DNA of 64,000 bases from Geosiphon pyriformis uo1. Taxonomy: Eukaryota; Fungi; Glomeromycota. The translations under genes were made by a program, and so were the position numbers. Shown here one piece after another: positions 37,751 to 52,833 of the stretch; position 1 is the first letter of the stretch; every line of letters begins with the position of its first letter. The notes below the pieces were generated by a model. It searched no databases and was not told the origin of the DNA. It was given only the letters and a program-made list of their open reading frames with translations. The stretch lies in assembly GCA_016748015.1 (NCBI GenBank), contig JAAOMT010000671.1, positions 62,001 through 126,000 on the forward strand, read 5' to 3'.

Positions 37751-40700
37751 TCAATGTCTGCGTTTCGATCTATATTCTTCGTCGTCTCGTGGCACTGATT
37801 CTGCGCTGCGCTTCCGAGATCTGATGTTGTGACGATGTAGAAAGGATATATTGTTTATATGAGTTTTTTTCAATTATAGCAGTACAATGTGCTTTTGTGC
37901 AGGCAAGGGTTTGAAATAAAATTGGTCTGAAATACTTGGTCCCCTCTTGATCTATCAGGTAAAATGCTAGGACGTAATATGCTTTCTATTTGGGAAGTGA
38001 AATAAACGACTTACACGTCCCACCGATCTTCCTCTCGCGACGGCCGCGTAGAATAGCCCTATGCGTTAAAAGATTTTGCGGAATTAAATGTCATGCATTA
38101 AAAGTTCCTAGTTAATTGCGTCTACTTACTCTGCTGCCCTCTCGTTCCCGGTTATCATATCCAGCATAAGATCTCTCAACACCGCCACCACTACCACCTC
38201 TATTGTCAATTCGATCTCTTTCGTCCTCAGCTACGCCTACTCGATCTGATGTTCTACTATCCACTGATGTGTCACGTCCTCCACGATGAATATCACCCGG
38301 TCCAGCAGTACCGCCTTGTCGGTATGGTGGTGGTCGCATGCGATGACCAAAAGGGGCATCAGGAGGTGGTGAATTTTCCCAGTCATGATAATCACTGCGA
38401 TTCCCACCAGGGCCATGCATTGGTCCTGTTGGTGGTCGATTTGCAAAACCACTCGGTCGATACTGTGGCTGGTTACGATTTTCCATCTCCCACGCTAAAA
38501 AACCAATTTGTAAATTTTTAATGTTTTAAATTGAAAATCAAGGCTAAATTTTGCTTTGACTTTTGTACTTACATGGTGGTTCTTCCATTGAAAAATATGG
38601 TCTGTTTTCATCCAGAAATTTTAATTTGGTCATCATATAGTACAAACACAGAACCGTAACTTTGAAAATGATATCTACCTTTCTTCCATTTGCATTCCCC
38701 TTCCTCTACCCATCATCCCTCCTGGCATACCACTTGGCATCCCTGGTGGTATCCTGCCTGGCATCCCTGGCATACCTCCTGGAATTCCACCTCCCATGCC
38801 GCCCTGCATACCGGGTGGCATTCTTCCAGGCATTCCAGGCATCCCTCCATTACGCATCATCTGCCGCATAGGCTGCCCTCCCCTAAATGAAGGGTCAAAA
38901 CCCATAGGGCCAGTTGGGGGCATTTCAGGATTTCCCATGAAAAAAGGTGGGGGTCCTCCCATCGGACCTCCCATTTCCTAGAATGGATTGTTGTATTTAA
39001 ATAAATAGAATAGAGAACAAAATAAAGCCAAATAATTAAATCCTACCGGCGGAGGTCCAAACATATGAACTCCCATTGGGGGCCCTATTATGGTGATAAG
39101 CGTTTGAATATAGTCAAACATTAATTTAAATACTGAATAGAATGATTCGATAATATACCTGGAAAGTCTTGGGGATAACCATTTTCCTGTATTCCATATT
39201 CATCCCCTTGTCGACTATCTATCATTTGGGGCGGGGGGCTATATCATAACAAACATATTATATTAGTTGTGAAGTTGACTCAAATGAATAAATACAAAGC
39301 ATGAAAAATAATAATCACATAGGCTCTAATTCCTCTAGAGCAGCTTCGCGTTCACTTGAAACTACCTGGATTACAGAATCATCATGATCTCTCCCACGAC
39401 GACCTATTAACATTTCATGAATATAGGGGGAGTGAATAAAAAGCTTCAATCCATGTAAATAACCATAAGAAACCTACCACGACCACGGGTTTGAAACCGG
39501 GGATGTTCATTGCCTTGCTGGGGGGGACCCATTGAATGTATTTCTTGCGGTACCTCAGGTATGCTGTGTTCTGGCTGTTTTGATTCGAAAACCTGAAACA
39601 TTTTAAACGAGAAATTAATTATGTTTATAAAGATAACTTAACAAAATATTGGTCGTTAAAGAATGCTTGTTACGTTGATTCTTTTTCGAAGATGATGTTC
39701 TTCACGCGTTTGCTTTTGTTTGGCACAATAAGCCCGCCATGTGTGCTCATTGAACCCGTAATTAAAATAGTCAGTGATATCAGCCCCTGAAAAGGAAAGT
39801 TGTATATATTTAAAATAAGAAATTTTATGATAAAGAGTTAATCTGAATTACCAGGCTTTCGCCACGGTTTATCCTCAAATGAATCCAAGTCCACATCGTA
39901 TAAACTTATTCCATCAATTTGGCCAACAGCATTGATATCTACAGCTGGCGCACGACTGGTGTTCGATGACTGCAAACCATCTATATTGATGCATTACAAA
40001 GAAAGTAGACAAAAAATTAATAGTTGATGAAGAAAAGATTAAATTTGTCCAAAGTTTTACCGTGCCGGGAAATGCCCATTGGTTTGTTGAATTGATTAAG
40101 CTTTATATTTACTAAGGAAGATCTGGCCAAAAAATAACGATAAATTTCTACAAGATGAGCGAATAAAAAGCTTTTGTCCCGAGTTGTCACCTGGGACCGT
40201 TATCATGAGATTTTCCAGATTGAGGTTCCATTATAATTTCTATGTCCTACAGCAAGTTTTCAAGCAATCTGGGGTTAAAAAAATCCTTTCTTACTCGTCT
40301 TATAAAAAATATATATTTAGTTACAGAATCATCTGTTTCTTCTTCCTCTAAAGGCTCCTCCTCCTCCTCCTCTTCCTCTTCTTCTTCTTGCATCTGAACA
40401 TTTGTATCATAAGATGTCTCTTCTGGATCCTTCAGATTTATATCCATATCAGCCATCTCTTGATCCAGTCGCCTAACTGATGATAAATCTCCTTCTTTGT
40501 TTGTCTTTTGTTCACCGGGCAATTTTCTCTCAGTTAATTCATCACCATTAATTTCAGGACTCAAACCATCCCCTTCATTGTCTATTCCCGTTTGGTTCTC
40601 ATTATTTTCATAGGTATTATCTTGTCTAAAGAAAAGGTTTTAATCAAATATAATATTAAAAGATTCTTTATCATTTTACACTACCCATAAAAGGATATTA

Positions 40701-41703
40701 CAAGACGTACATAGGATTATGATCCGATGTATTGTGTAGTTGAGATGATGACGCATCATAAGACGGTATTTGAGAAGAAATGCTTTCATAAATGGATAAT
40801 AGACAAAAATATGGAAGAGGTGAGAGTTGGGTAAAAAGTGAATGATTTACAGAATTTAGGTTTTTGTCAAGTATAAGAGTAGAGTTGAGCGAAACGAATT
40901 TATATACGCATTTTTTGTTGCATTATCATAAACACGTACTTTGATTCGCCCACGGGCCTGTCACCATATAAATCAAAGGGGTCGTCGTCTGGTTTGTATA
41001 ATGGGCATTTTTGTGTTGGATTTTCATTTGTTGCGAATTGCAAATTTCGATCAGTGAGAGGAAAACAAAGATGGCAAAATAATGTCGTAAAGATGAAAGA
41101 GTTCATATTGGGGAAAAAGGGGTAAAACTTTATTATATTTGTTGTGTGGTTGTCCGAAGACAAATTTACAGATTGATGAATCTATTGAAATTATTTTTTT
41201 CTATTGAATGATCTGTTCCTACTGTTATTTATTCCCTACGGATAACTAGATCATAAAATGATACATAACATATCGCCATACCTTCAACTTTTTCATCTTG
41301 TGTTGGCTGCGCCGGATCATATAAAGCACTGCCAGCTAATTTAGAGGAGAAAAAGACAAAAGATTAGTTGATTTCAAGGTGAAACTGACTATCTAAGCAG
41401 AAGACCAAGATCAAATTAAAAGAAAACTACACTGGTTCTTCTCATAATAGAAAAGAAGGGTATAGTTATTGATAAGTAGAAATTTTACTAATATGAAACA
41501 TTCAACCGCAACATAGGCTTCGGCCAAGTAAAGTCGGTATAAATATAAAAAGACATTGTAAAATACACTAAGCATTTACCTTTTTCAAAGGTTGTTTCCG
41601 TGCCTAATTGCAAACCACCGCTTCCTGTGCTTTGCTCGTTGTTTCCATAAAGGAATTCATCATCGTCATCGTAATCTAGAGTGGGGTTATTTATCTGGGT
41701 CAT
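37751..41703 (-). CDS. FIP1: Pre-mRNA polyadenylation factor Fip1 (many short exons)
   Basis: N-terminal DDDDEFLYG; Fip1 motif [36 protein letters not shown] (~39700-39950); Pro/Gly/Met-rich and Arg/Asp-rich C-terminus ending RSKRRH*. Confidence 0.94.
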
Positions 41704-42094
41704 TCGAATCGCGGTAAACCTGTAAAAAGCAAAATGCGGAATTGAAAAACTGAACTGTTGGTTTCTAAAAAGTTACACAAACTCCAACTGTTATCAATTA
41801 AAATTTAGATTAACATTATCATAATATTTAATCAATAAAAAAATAATGTATAAATTATATTAAAACAATAATATTTTTAATCAGATATTTTGAATTAAAA
41901 AGTAAAAAGTAAAAATTTTATCTTCTCTTTTCTAAAGATGGAAAAATATTATTTTTAATAAATAATAAAAACTTTTTTTGTAGATTTTATGTTTACAACC
42001 CAAATAATAAAATTTTTTAATAAAAAAACCTATAATTATAAAATAAAATAAAAATAATTTTTTTTTTAAATAGTATACTAAAAATAAATTTTTT

Positions 42095-45000
42095 TTTTTT
42101 TTTATTAAGTTTAATGAGTAAAGTCCAAACACAGCCTAGTGCTATACATCAAATAAATGATCTAAACTAGCTGTGAATCATGCTTTTTTTACATATGATC
42201 AGCCACTCAGGCCAATTAGGACAACACTACACAGCTATATGAATTGACACTAAGTCATCAACATCTGAAAAAAATGAACAAAATTTACAAAAACCAAAAC
42301 GCACTCCAAAGGCATCAGTGATTCTAAGCAGTTTCAAAACACCAATAGAGAGCCCTGAAGCCAAACCAAAAACTGAAATAGACACTAAACTGTCAAGAGG
42401 AATCAAACTATTTCTTTTCATATAGGCATGGTGCTTAGCATGAACCAACCAGATATCATCTCTAAAAGCCATACTAAGAAAGTGCACAAACTTAACAACC
42501 TCCATACCAGCAACTTTGGGATCATGGAAAATGGAAACAGCTTTGTGGAACCAACCATTAAAAACAAAATCTTTAAAGAAAACCACAAACACAGAAGAAC
42601 CAAAAGTACAGGAAGACAACAGCTGTAATACATTTGAAGAAAAATGAGTAAAGCCAAAAAGTGCCCTCCAAGTATCCACATGAGAGTCCAACAACTGATA
42701 ACAAGCAGACTCATCAACCCTACAAGAAAATGCATGATCTGATACCTCCATATCACCATAATATAAGCACAGTACACTGGGATAAAGTCTCCTATAGAAA
42801 TGCTTTCGAATGGCAACAGGCAAGTGATAATGTAGAGCTTTCATAAAATATGTGCATGCATTAGTTGAGGATCGGCTGGTAAAACCAGCAGCCATGTGCA
42901 AATCAAGATGCCACACCAATGAGGAGTAAACCCAGTTAACATTGAACTGTAAACTATCCTTTAAGAACTTTGAGCCAGAACTGACCTCCCAACGTGCATG
43001 ACAAATGGACTGATAGATATCATGAACAAAATGTCTAGAGTTACCAGAAACTACACCATAATCAGCCACAATAAAATGTTCATCCAAGCAAAAAGAAAGA
43101 CACCAATTTGAAAGAGAGGCGGCACCAGCAATCATGTCAGCATGCTTATTCCCCAAAATACCAAAATGGCTCTTCACCTTGCACCAACTAACCTTTAAAT
43201 TCTTATCATAAATGACATTAACAATATGTTGACGCTTAACTCAGTACTGATTACAAAAGTCAGGACACACCAAACCCAGTTCTGATCTGTAAGCATCCAA
43301 AGCAGATTGACTATCTGAAAAGAAATGAATAATATTAGATAATGGAGCACATTTCAGAGCCAATGCAATGGCCTGCAATTCAGCCAGAATAGAAAACATC
43401 AAACCAAAAACACCAACACCCAAGCTTAAACCAATGTCCTTAAAAAAGGCAGCAGCACCAGCTTTACAGCTAGCAGTGCCTAGATTTTTTATGGACCCAT
43501 CTGTGTATACAGACAAAACACTATTATCAACCCTCGAAAGCTGATCGCAAACAGACACGAAGTCATTAGACTCAAGAATGTCCAGAAAACTACTACCACA
43601 TACAGCTAAGAGACGAGTCAGAAACAGAGATGCATCATTAAAAAATGCAGCAGACAATTTGAACCACTCTGGAACAGGGCCACGGGGGTCCAATCTCTTC
43701 CACTGTTTAAATGTGTACCAATCAAAAGTGGCATCATGACGATCATGAAGCTGATTCATGAATACAATACCATAATGCTAGAGAGAAAGGAGAAACTTGA
43801 CAAATCTTGACTTATCCAAAACAACTGACATGGGCACTCTACCATGAAACCAGAAAGAATTGGCCAAGAAACCACTCAAAGATAAATTACAATCAAGAAG
43901 AATATGAACCATGCCTGCCAGAAAATTATTAGAGGTGCCAATATAAGTGTAAACAGAAAAGACCAAAGGATAAACAGAACACCAACATCAAACCTACAAG
44001 TCATGTGCCTGGTGAGAGAACAAGCAACCCAAAACTCTACCAGAGTTCACAAAGCTAACAAGTAATGCAACCTTACTTTTAGATTGAATCTGCAAAAAGA
44101 ACTTTAGACCATAAAATAAAAAATAATGTATCATATTACTGGGGAAGTTGAGAGGCAGACCAGACTTAAGCTTCAAGCCTTTGCAAATAAGAGCATCTCA
44201 TTTATTACACACACCAACAGAAACAAAGCTGAACTAAGTTTTATAACTGACAATAAGATGGAGAACTGCTGACACCAGATACAAGAACTGCTTATCCGAC
44301 ACAGCTTTTTTTAGAACCAAATTGGTAAAAAAATAAACATCTGAATGCATTTTAGCCAAACTAGGCTTTGAGAGACCCTCAGTCGAAAGAAAAATACCCA
44401 GATACTGATAAGACTCCCCTTTTTTGGTGATAGAGATGGGCAAATCATTGATAAAAAGAGAAGAATTGCTGATCTTGCTGTTGATGGGAATGGCCACTGT
44501 TTTATCATTATTAATAGAAATGTTATTGATCTGAAAAAATTCACTAGCAACATCAAGAATGTGTTGAGTAGCATTCCAACTGCTGCCAACCCAAATTGTA
44601 TTATTGACAAAAGCACCAGCAGCAAAAAAAAAAGTAAGTCCAGCCTTGAAATCAGTGCAATTACTTTTGGAAATAAAATGAGAATCTAACCTATACTCAT
44701 ACACACTTTTCTGATGCTTGATTTTACATAACAAAGGATCATAAAATATGTACCACAGAAGGGGTGAAAAAACCTCTCTCTGGTCCAAATCATTATGTAC
44801 CTGATATCCACCTGTCAAACCAAAATCTGTCATAATGCAATTGATACAATCTCTATAAATACTACCAAAAAAACAAATAAACTTGCTGCACATTTTAATT
44901 CTGATCAGACTCTTTTCGAGATGCTTCCAGTCAACTGAATTGTATGTTTTCTTTATATCTTGTAAAATCAACCAAAGCTCTCAATTCTTCTCCAAAGCAT

Positions 45001-48000
45001 CCTCAATGACTGAACCAATAGCAAAAATAGGAAACTGGGTCATTGTACCCTTCAAAACTGAAAAATTGTCTTTACGAAAAACATCAAAAGCACTGCATGC
45101 TAAAGAAATACTATCAGAGAAAATCTTGGAAAGAATTTTACAAGCTGTCTCAATTAAAGCAATAGGTCAAGTATTTGTAAGAACACTCTCCTATTTATAT
45201 GGTTTGGGAATTATCGAGACCCAGGCCTCCTTCCAAGAGCCAGGCACAGATTTACCAGACAAACAAAAATTCAAAAACACTAAAAACATATCCAGAACTG
45301 CTTTATCACAGTGTTTCCAAAGCTTATTTGAAATTCCTGAAAGACCAGTAGCCTTGCCATCAGGCAGAGAAGAAACCACCCCAAACAATTCCTCAAATTC
45401 AATTGAACTTATAACACCAGAAAAAACTTCATCAAAAACATACTCCAATAGCTGGTATTGGTGACACCAATCACCAGAGATATCATCTACTACCTGATGC
45501 TTTCTAGTTCAGCTCTTCATGATGACATCTACCTTAAACTTAACTAAATCGGGTTTCAGGATAAGTTCATTACCAACAACTAAATGATTAAGCACCACTT
45601 TGCGAAATAGCCATTCCAGAACACTTCTAATTGTATAACTTTTATTTACTTCAAAGCTCTCCATCCTCTTATCTATGGCAGCTCTAATGGCTGCCTCCTT
45701 AGCCTGCAAAGATTCAGTAAGTTTGGATGCATGGTAAGCCTTCCTAGCACCAAAAAGAGCAGAACAAACATAACCAGAATCTGCACCAGAATCCACAATA
45801 ACCTAAACAGCCAAAGCCCTAACATTGTCCAGAAAAACCCAGCACTTCATAAGAGAATCAAAATTTGCAACACACCCTTCACGAAAAGTCTTAACAATTT
45901 TAGAAACCAAAAGCTCTAACTTATAATATCTAGAAGAGTCCTTGATAAAAACATCATTGAAGCTCTTGAACCATTTCTTCTTGAACACTTTATTAGCCAA
46001 GAGAATCACAATCTTGCGAACCACATCCCACATCGCATCCAAGTCTGAAAATCTCACAGAGGTAGCAAACTTATTTGAGAACATCACAGCATTGGCTGAT
46101 GTAGCAATTCCAAATTCTTTCCACTTAGTCTCAGTAGCACCTTTAAAATCAAACCTCCATCAATCTCTATTTGCTTGTTTGCAAACAGAATTCAGCTGTA
46201 TATTCAGAAGCCCATCCAAACCCACAGACACAAATATAGCCTGGTGGTCAATATCAAAAAATTTGCCAACATCAAACACATTGTGACCCACCACAGCATT
46301 AGCCAAATTCAAAGAAATAAACAAAAAATTGATCATCTTGGCCACACCACAAGAGTTAGCCCATGTAAGCTCTTTTACATAAGAACATTCACTTAAGGAA
46401 TTAACCAAACCAAGATCCAAACACTTTTTAAAACTGGCATTCTTATGAGAGCCATCTTCATTGAAATTGCCACCCAGAACAACAAAAGAGAACTTATTGA
46501 TGGCCCTAGCAATCATAGAATTAACATTACCAGCTTGAAAGAACTGAACTACCAAAGAAGCACTAGCATAGAACCCCAAAATAGAAACAGAAAGTTTATC
46601 CTTGAAGAGCAACTTGAGAGAGAGAAGCCAACCAGGCACTTCAGAAACCTTACACACATGCTTTGCCAAAGAAATGTCTATGATGATTACAACACCAGAA
46701 CTCAGATGACCAGATTCCAAACCTGAAGTAAAAACCTGAACTTCATCAAACTTATTTATAATCCATGGATGAATTTTACTCTTCAACTTAGTTTCAATAA
46801 CAATAGAAATCAAATTGTTCATTTCTTTATGCCAATAAATTATATTATCCTGTTTTGCAAGATTGTTCATGCTTCTAATATTGCACATGGTAATCTTCCA
46901 AACCAAGACATTCATTGAGAAGTGGAGAAAGCTGACGAACCCAAACTTGATTACAAATGGTCCAATTTTTCTAAAACAGACTCAACTGAAACTTCCAAAG
47001 CCACCATCTTGGATTCCAAACCACCAACTTTAGTGGTCAAAACCTTAGAACTGCTTGAACTTAAGTTGGCAGCTGCATTATTAACAACTGGAAAAAAGGG
47101 GGTGGAAACCATTGGCACACTATCTAAAACCATATCCAAATCCAGACCAGAGACCACAGAGACAGAAACTACTGGAAGAGAAACATCAGATATGACTGCC
47201 AGAGACACCAATTCCATGGAACCCAATTTTTTTAATATACCAGAAACCTGGTCAGCCAAAAGTTCCAAAGAATGTTTCAAAGAAGCCAAATGACCATACA
47301 AGTCATGGTTATTAGGAGGAGCAGAACTAAATAGAAAGGTCTTAGCAACAAAGGGCAAACCAGCACTATGATGAACCAAGAAAGCCACATGAGAAGAAGA
47401 ACCACCAGCTACTTAAGCCCAAGTTTTGCCACCAAAGAAGACTGGATGGGCAATGGAAATCTGTTTCCTTTTATAAATACCCATCAAACGGACCTGATCT
47501 TAATTAGTTACCACTTGCTTCCCATGAATCCTAGAATTCCTGCCAATTGAACATACATCAGAAATATGACCAAATTGTTTGCAACAAGCACAGCAGGCCA
47601 AAGAAAGGCCAGCCCAGCACAAATTTACACTCTTAAACACTGGAGTAGAACCAATAGCAGCCACTTTGGATGCTTCATCAACAAAACACACAATCGCACA
47701 TTTATCATGCACATATGAACTGAGATTATGGCCAATGAAACAAGTCTTCTCACTATATGATTTCAACAAACCAGAAAAATCATGAGCTGTCATACCAACT
47801 AGAAAAGTGTAAAGCAATGCATGATGTAGATCTCTGAATACCCACGATTTCTTATCATCAATTGTCTTTGCCACACAAACAGAATCTTTTCCCATGAAAA
47901 CAGACTATTTAGCCACAACCAAATCAGCTATCTCAGATGATTCAAACTCAACTAATGTTTTTTGCCACAGGCCAATCAATTGTATCTTGATTGATACAAT

Positions 48001-48990
48001 CTTGCCAAATTTGGAAAAAACAGATTACACAGCCGATTTGAGAAGATTAACCAGAATCTTCTTGATGATAATTTTTTGATCCGAACATTTATTTACCTGT
48101 CTGACATCATTATTAATTAAAATTTTTTCACTGACCGCCAAATCCCTTGTCTTATTTAAACTTATTTCAGAAGTGAAAAAAGATCTGATGATCCCAGGAA
48201 ATTTTGAGAAGGTAAAGCCTCCCCCCAAAACTATCAATTCAATAAAAGATTTTTTTGACTGCCATTAACTTATCACTATTTGTTCTTTTAGGCACAACAG
48301 ATAATTTAACATCCAATGTGAACAATTTGACTGGTTCAAAACTATGTTTCATCAGGACATGTGATCTGGTACTCGGTTCCTGATTAGAACCACCAAACTT
48401 GGAAGAAGAGAGCTCTAGAATATCGTCAACGTCACTTATATTATTAAAAGAAGACCTTTTCGGCAGTTGTCCTAGAACATATGTTTTCATCTTTGTCTTT
48501 TTTGAAGTCGTATTATCTACCATATCATTAGCTTCAAAATCATTGGAATCCACGAAACTTATTTCCTCTGCCACTATGTTGGTCATGTTTTCCAAGTTGA
48601 ACACTCTACTAATACTAGCATCTTTGCTTTCCATCTCACTACTTTAAGACACCTTGCATTCCAAACTACTAGTTTACAAAACATTGCCAAAAACAAGACC
48701 AGCTGACGAATCAACCACACCACCAGCTGTATTAGGATTCTTAGGTTTTTTGTATGAAAGACCATGAAAGTACACACTCTCAATGTGTGTTTTTTTTTTG
48801 TTACTATTAAACTGAGTCTCCAACCCAGCTGAAATGATACCAGAACTATCAACTAAGGAGTCTACCAGTTCTATCACAACAAAAGAAAAAAAGTCAGAAG
48901 AAATAACTAGAAAGAAAACAAGGAAAAAAGAGAAAAAGACTAATTAAACTTTGATAAAATTTTGCTCTCGTCATGATCAGGGAATTGACA
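42095..48990 (-). mobile_element. Full-length degenerate LINE with RNase H (LINE copy 2)
   Basis: ORF1 ~48877-46912 (knuckle CACCKQFGHISDVC), ORF2 46915-42227 (APE, RT AFVNN, RNase H VYTDGS, Zn knuckle), 3' UTR and poly(A) as T-run 42089-42103; ends approximate. Confidence 0.93.
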
Positions 48991-50700
48991 AAAAAAAAAT
49001 TTTTTATTCAAAAAAATTTGCTGTATAAATAATTTTAAAAACTAATAAATAGGTTATTATTATTATTATTTTTTTATTATTTAAATATTAATAAAAACCA
49101 AAACAACCAAAAAACAATTTTTTTTCCAAAATATTTAAAACAAAATTTTTTAAAATATTAAAAAAGAGTATTTTTTTAATAATATTAATAATATTATAAA
49201 TATTGTTTCTAAGTAAATTTTTGTAATTTTGTGCTTTTTATGTAATTAATAAATCTAAAAATTTATGTATTTAAAAATTTTATGGTTAAGTTTTTTATAT
49301 AAAAGACAAAAATTCAACAATTATTTTGCTTTTTAATAATTATATGTTTAATTTATTTATTTTTTTAACAAAATTTCTTTGGTATTTAATTTTTTTTTAT
49401 AAATTATTTAATTTTAATAAGTTAATTTTATGTTTATAATATTATTTTTAATATTATTTTTTAGCAAGTTTATTTAATAAACAAAGCAAAAATATAAATA
49501 AAAAAATAAAAATTAATATTTTTTTAATAATTATAATTAAAAATTATTAATTTAATATAATAATTAAATTATGTTTTAATATTTGTTAATAAATAAAAAT
49601 ATTTAAAAATATTTAAATACAATAATAATAATATATTTATAAATATTCAAAAAATTCTTAAAAAAATTAATTTTTAATAAAAAGTTTTTGTTTTTTGTAT
49701 TATTTTTAATATTTAAAAAAATACAAATTTTTTAGTAAAAATTAAAAACTATACATAATCTTATTAATAATAATTTTATTTAAAAATTAAAATAAATAAA
49801 TAGTTTGGACTTTATTCGTTAAATAAATAAAAATAAATAAATAAAAAATAAATAAATAAATAAAAATATTAAAAACTTTACATTCAAAAATTTTTAAAAA
49901 GTAATATTTTTAAAACAAATTTTTTCTGTTTTTTTTATATTTTAATATTTAATTTAATATTTTTTAATTATGTTTTTTAATTATAAAGCTATTAATAGTA
50001 GTTTAACTATAAAAAAGATCAAAAAAATTTGGTATTAGTTTAACTATAACAAATTTAGTAAACACTATTACTCATATAAAAAACAAAATAATAATAATAA
50101 TAATATAAATAGCCAATAGTAAAATAAAAAATTATTAAAATATATAATATTAAAAATTCTGAAAATACTATAAAAATTCCAAAAATTCCAATAATAATTT
50201 AAAAAAATTATAAAAATTTCAAAAATCTTGTATTATAAAAATTTATATATATATATAAAAAAATTAAAACTAAAAAAACAGACATCTTAAAAACAGATAA
50301 GCTTATTTTAAAATTGGTTTAAACTTTTATTATTATTTTAATTAAATTATAACTATTTTAATAAAAATATTAATTAAATTATATTTAACCTAATTAATTT
50401 ATGAATTTAGATTTATTTTATTAAAATTTTAATCTTATAATATTATTTAAAAAATAATATAGTAATTGATTATGAAAGTCAAAAAATTTGGTAAGATTTA
50501 TTCTGTATATTAAAAGCTATATTTACTAAAACTGTAAATTGTTTAATTAAACCAAAGCCTTGGATTTTTTTTTATTGTTTTTTAATTATTCTTTTGATAT
50601 AACTAATTACAAGTTTGAAATATTGATTAAGAGTAGATAAATTGCTTAAACAATTTTTTTAGCATGCTTAATCTTAAATAGTTTTTTAGTTTTATTTTGT
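48991..50700. mobile_element. Hyper-eroded relics: LINE 3' tail (~49800-49870, +) and probable LTR remnant (~50100-50700, +)
   Basis: tttggactttattcgttaaa followed by an A-rich tail matches the LINE tail; agccaat, aaaattcc repeats and tatatata follow the family A U3 layout. Confidence 0.5.
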
Positions 50701-52833
50701 AACATAATAGTAATATCTTTAGTATATTTTGTATTTATCACTCTTTTTCTAATATTAATTCCTTTGCTTCCCAATAATAATTGAGAAGCAATTTAAATTA
50801 TTGCTTTTAATAATATTTTAAAAGTAATTTTGAGATTAATCTTTGTTAGAAACTATGATTAAAAGATCAAGATATTTTTTTCTAAATATTTTAAGTCATA
50901 TCTTGCATTAATTTTATAAGCTTTTTTTGGCTTGATTTTTTGACTATTATTGTTAAAATACTTGAATTGCATGACAGACTGATTTTTAATTAAATAGATC
51001 AGAATTGTTGTGATTTTTTTTTTGGCTTAAGTTTTTCAAATTCGATTTTATATTTGTTATTTTTACTGAGCAAAAAGATGCTAAAAGCATAGTATTCTAA
51101 ACACTATTAGTTGTTACAAAGCATTACATATTTTTCACATAATTAAATGTTGATTTGCTCTAATTATTAAATTTGAGCTTTTTTGGTTAAATAAGTGTGA
51201 CTTATGATTTGGTAATAAGTTTTAACTTCATTTTTATAGTTATATCCAGCAATTTCGAAAATGTATTTAATATATTCAGCTTTTTTATTTGGTAAACATT
51301 TTTTTGGGTTTTTTTATTAATTAGAATCATGGCCAGTTCATAAATTGTTTTAGTATTATGTAGATAATAATAAAATTTATTAAGAGTACTGTTATAAGTA
51401 GCATTGAATAAGATTCTTTTTTTTATTTTTTTAGTAATTGAGAGTACATATTACCAGATTTAATTACAAACTTTTTTTTTTATTACAACATTAATTCAGT
51501 TGTATTTTTTTAATAGCATTTCTCTACATATAAAACAAAAAGTATTGTCCTATTTTCTATTTTGTTTAGGATATTCAAATCATTTTTAATGACAAGCCTT
51601 ACAATAGTAACAAATACATGTTTCATATTTTTTTTCTAATAATATACAAGCTTTTATGAATAAAAGTTTTTTGTTGTAATTTTTATATTTGAGTAGAATA
51701 TAAGGTGATTGTTTCTGTAGTTTTGGTTTAAAATACTAAACTTTGTTCCAATCTCTAGTTTTTTTGAAAATTTTTTGTTCTATTTTCTCAGTTTAATTGA
51801 ATGTTGATTCAAAAGCCATGTAAATTTTGGTAATTGGTATTTTTTTTTCTTTTCAAATTCGAACACAGATGCTTTTTTTAATTATTTGTTAAAAATACCA
51901 CAAATAGTAAGTATTTTAGTATATTGTTTTGATATGAAATTTTAAGTTTCTGGATTTTTCAATCTAAATTTGCATTGGCTTTGAGAAATCAATCATTTTT
52001 GACAAAAGTCTGATATTAGAATATATTCATAATAAGAACTTTAATTAAAATAGTAATTTTATTAATAATAAACAAAAAGTTGTTAATTTTTCTAATTGAG
52101 ATTTTTTTATACTATTAACTATAACAATAACTGTTTGGACCAGTCTATTCACATTTTGTTTAAGCTATTACATTAATTAATATGTAATAATACTTCTGAC
52201 AGATCTATTATTTAAAATTAACTAAATTGATTTTCCTTTAACTTTGGCTTTTGTGTATATAACTGTGATTGGTTTTTGTTTAGTAACAGCTATATTATTA
52301 AGTAAAGATGGCAATTTATTGACTTTTAATTCAAATAGAAAAATATCAAAAGATTGGCATTTTGGGCAATTTTGACTAATGGAATAGTATTACTAAAATG
52401 GGTTTGTTTTATTGCTGCAGTTTTATTTTCAAAAAGTACAGTTTATTAAAAATTCAATTTTTCTGGCATTATAAGATAGCTAGGTTGTATATGATAATAG
52501 TTGGATCTGTGTTGAGCTAAATTTCGAGAAACTAATTTTAAAGTATAAATTAGTTTTATTAAATTATTTTTTATACAAATACTTAATATTGTTAAACTAA
52601 GGATTATAGATATTGTTATTAAATAGATTTTAGAATAGATTGATAATAGTTGTTTTAATATTAAGATCTTAATGAGTAATAAGTTAATAGTAAGAATTGG
52701 TAATAAGATTATTAAGATTGAGAATAATGTTAATTACTTTTTTGCTGTTGGTCTCTTTGTATTTTTTGCAATCTTATTTTTAATGTCTTAGAATTCCACA
52801 ATAATAATAGCTTTATAATTGATTATTAAATAG
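50700..52833 (-). mobile_element. Old eroded Gypsy internal relic (protease - Zn - dUTPase region)
   Basis: LILNNRSV at ~52198-52223 (from LILDSGSA) and segments colinear with A1 ~16800-19500. Confidence 0.7.

Noticed and set aside
40691-40698. U12-type ATATCCTT 5' splice site in FIP1
   Set aside because: It sits inside an intron that already has a canonical GTACGT donor a few bases upstream.
41427-41442. 8-nt FIP1 microexon (AAGAACCA)
   Set aside because: It would restore frame but needs a weak GAG acceptor; it cannot be supported without transcript data.
32545-41703. Functional cluster of three co-oriented RNA-processing genes
   Set aside because: They act in different pathways and I see no shared regulatory signal; chance adjacency is sufficient without synteny data.
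44883-45464. Long antisense ORFs over TEs and genes (also 3358-3852, 27902-28489, 33457-33804)
   Set aside because: Shadow frames of coding sequence on the opposite strand.
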